A DNA stretch of 64,000 bases from Thermodesulfobacteriota bacterium (lineage in GTDB: Bacteria > Desulfobacterota_D > UBA1144 > Nemesobacterales > Nemesobacteraceae), in contig OZ220700.1 of assembly GCA_965116725.1 (NCBI GenBank), forward strand, positions 881,315-945,314. The letters are read 5' to 3'. Below the pieces are notes generated by a model. That model saw nothing but the letters and a program-made list of their open reading frames with translations, had not been told where the DNA came from and ran no database searches. A program made the translations under genes and the position numbers. This document shows, one piece after another, positions 63,259 to 64,000 of the stretch (position 1 is the stretch's first letter; each line of letters opens with the position of its first letter).

Positions 63259-64000
63259 TTACAATATGATACGGAACGGTCGGTCCTTATCGAGTTCGGC
63301 CAGTTCTTCGGGTGAAAGATCCTTTGACTGGAGCAGAACCTTGAATTTTCTCCCCATGAATTCAGGCATGAAAAGCGTCTTGGCCGCAAGACGGTCTCCC
63401 TGGTTCTGGGGCTTGTCGTATGTCTTGAAAATTTCGAGAATTCCCCAGTCAACAAGAAACTGCCCCTGGGTTGTATACTTGACGGTGCCAAGACCCAAGG
63501 TATCCCCGACCCTCATAAGTTCGGAAAAATTAACGTCAGCTGTTATATCCTGCTCTCCAACCCTCGTGTAGGGATCGGAACTCAATTCATGGCGATAAAA
63601 GCACCTGAAGGTGCCTTTTCGTCTTCCGGGGGAGTAAAGCTCGGGGGCGAGAGACCCATAGTCAATGCATAGAACAAACCCTTTTTGAAGTGCATCTCCA
63701 ACCTCGGCAAGCCATTTCCCCGCCAGCAGACAAGCTTCCGCCTCTTCGCCTCGGGCGTATCCTTCCAGATATCGTTTTGAAAAGTCATAAATTCCTTCCG
63801 CTTCGGGATCCCGCAGAACTTCCTCGATTTCCCCGTTGCGAAGGGAGAGAAAAATCTCCCGGATTTCCTCTCCGTCCGACCTAAGTCTGTGAAAGGGCAG
63901 GGAATCCAGGAATTCGTTGGCGATCACCACTCCACGGAATCCGCCTTTCCCGATCTCCTGAAGATCGTCTATCCACCGAACCTTTCCGCGGTGCCTCTCG
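63259..64000 (-). CDS. SAM-dependent methyltransferase of the MidA/NDUFAF7 (DUF185) family; N-terminus beyond the right edge
   Basis: The frame stays open upstream of the track start to position 64000 (..HRGKVRWIDDLQEIGKGGFRGVVIANEFLDSLPFHRL). Confidence 0.65.
   Translation of the reverse strand, partial: ERHRGKVRWIDDLQEIGKGGFRGVVIANEFLDSLPFHRLRSDGEEIREIFLSLRNGEIEEVLRDPEAEGIYDFSKRYLEGYARGEEAEACLLAGKWLAEVGDALQKGFVLCIDYGSLAPELYSPGRRKGTFRCFYRHELSSDPYTRVGEQDITADVNFSELMRVGDTLGLGTVKYTTQGQFLVDWGILEIFKTYDKPQNQGDRLAAKTLFMPEFMGRKFKVLLQSKDLSPEELAELDKDRPFRIIL

Overview
This 64-kb window comes from a bacterium that looks diderm (MltA, SurA/PpiD-like chaperone, many lipobox lipoproteins). GC is mid-range by eye. 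Most of it is housekeeping. It includes an origin-proximal-type gene set (rpmH-rnpA-yidD-yidC-jag, and mnmE flanked by two perfect parS sites). It also includes gltX, fabH, rpmB-rpmG, a Fur-type regulator, a Na+-pumping oxaloacetate-decarboxylase operon (oadGAB), two paralogous AMP-dependent ligases around a Ca2+/cation antiporter, a KefB/C-type antiporter, trpEG, folD/folK/phhB, secA, smc, cofD, mltA, tilS and pheT-ihfA. Two accessory patches stand out. (1) At 28.3-31.0 kb there is a compositionally foreign EXPERA/EBP-like membrane protein, then an XRE-Panacea (DUF4065) antitoxin / RelE-ParE-like toxin pair and a truncated duplicate of the antitoxin gene. (2) A mosaic island of about 9.3 kb (about 50.9-60.15 kb) sits between pheT and parS/mnmE. 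It carries four lipobox lipoproteins (metzincin-like, TbpB-like beta-barrel, collagen-repeat, unknown), several tiny Zn-ribbon or unknown ORFs, one intact and one decayed IS1595-family transposase gene, and a family of about 27-nt repeats. Most island promoters share an operator-like dyad (ATTGTGGACAGAAT). A structured leader RNA is also present. Most interesting are two tRNA-like genes with non-canonical acceptor/T-arm geometry. One folds 9/3 with anticodon UAG and an encoded CCA. The other folds 8/4 with the amber-suppressor anticodon CUA, next to the transposase. Both resemble the 'allo-tRNA' class. All calls come from reading the sequence and the supplied ORF translations. No searches or folding programs were run.
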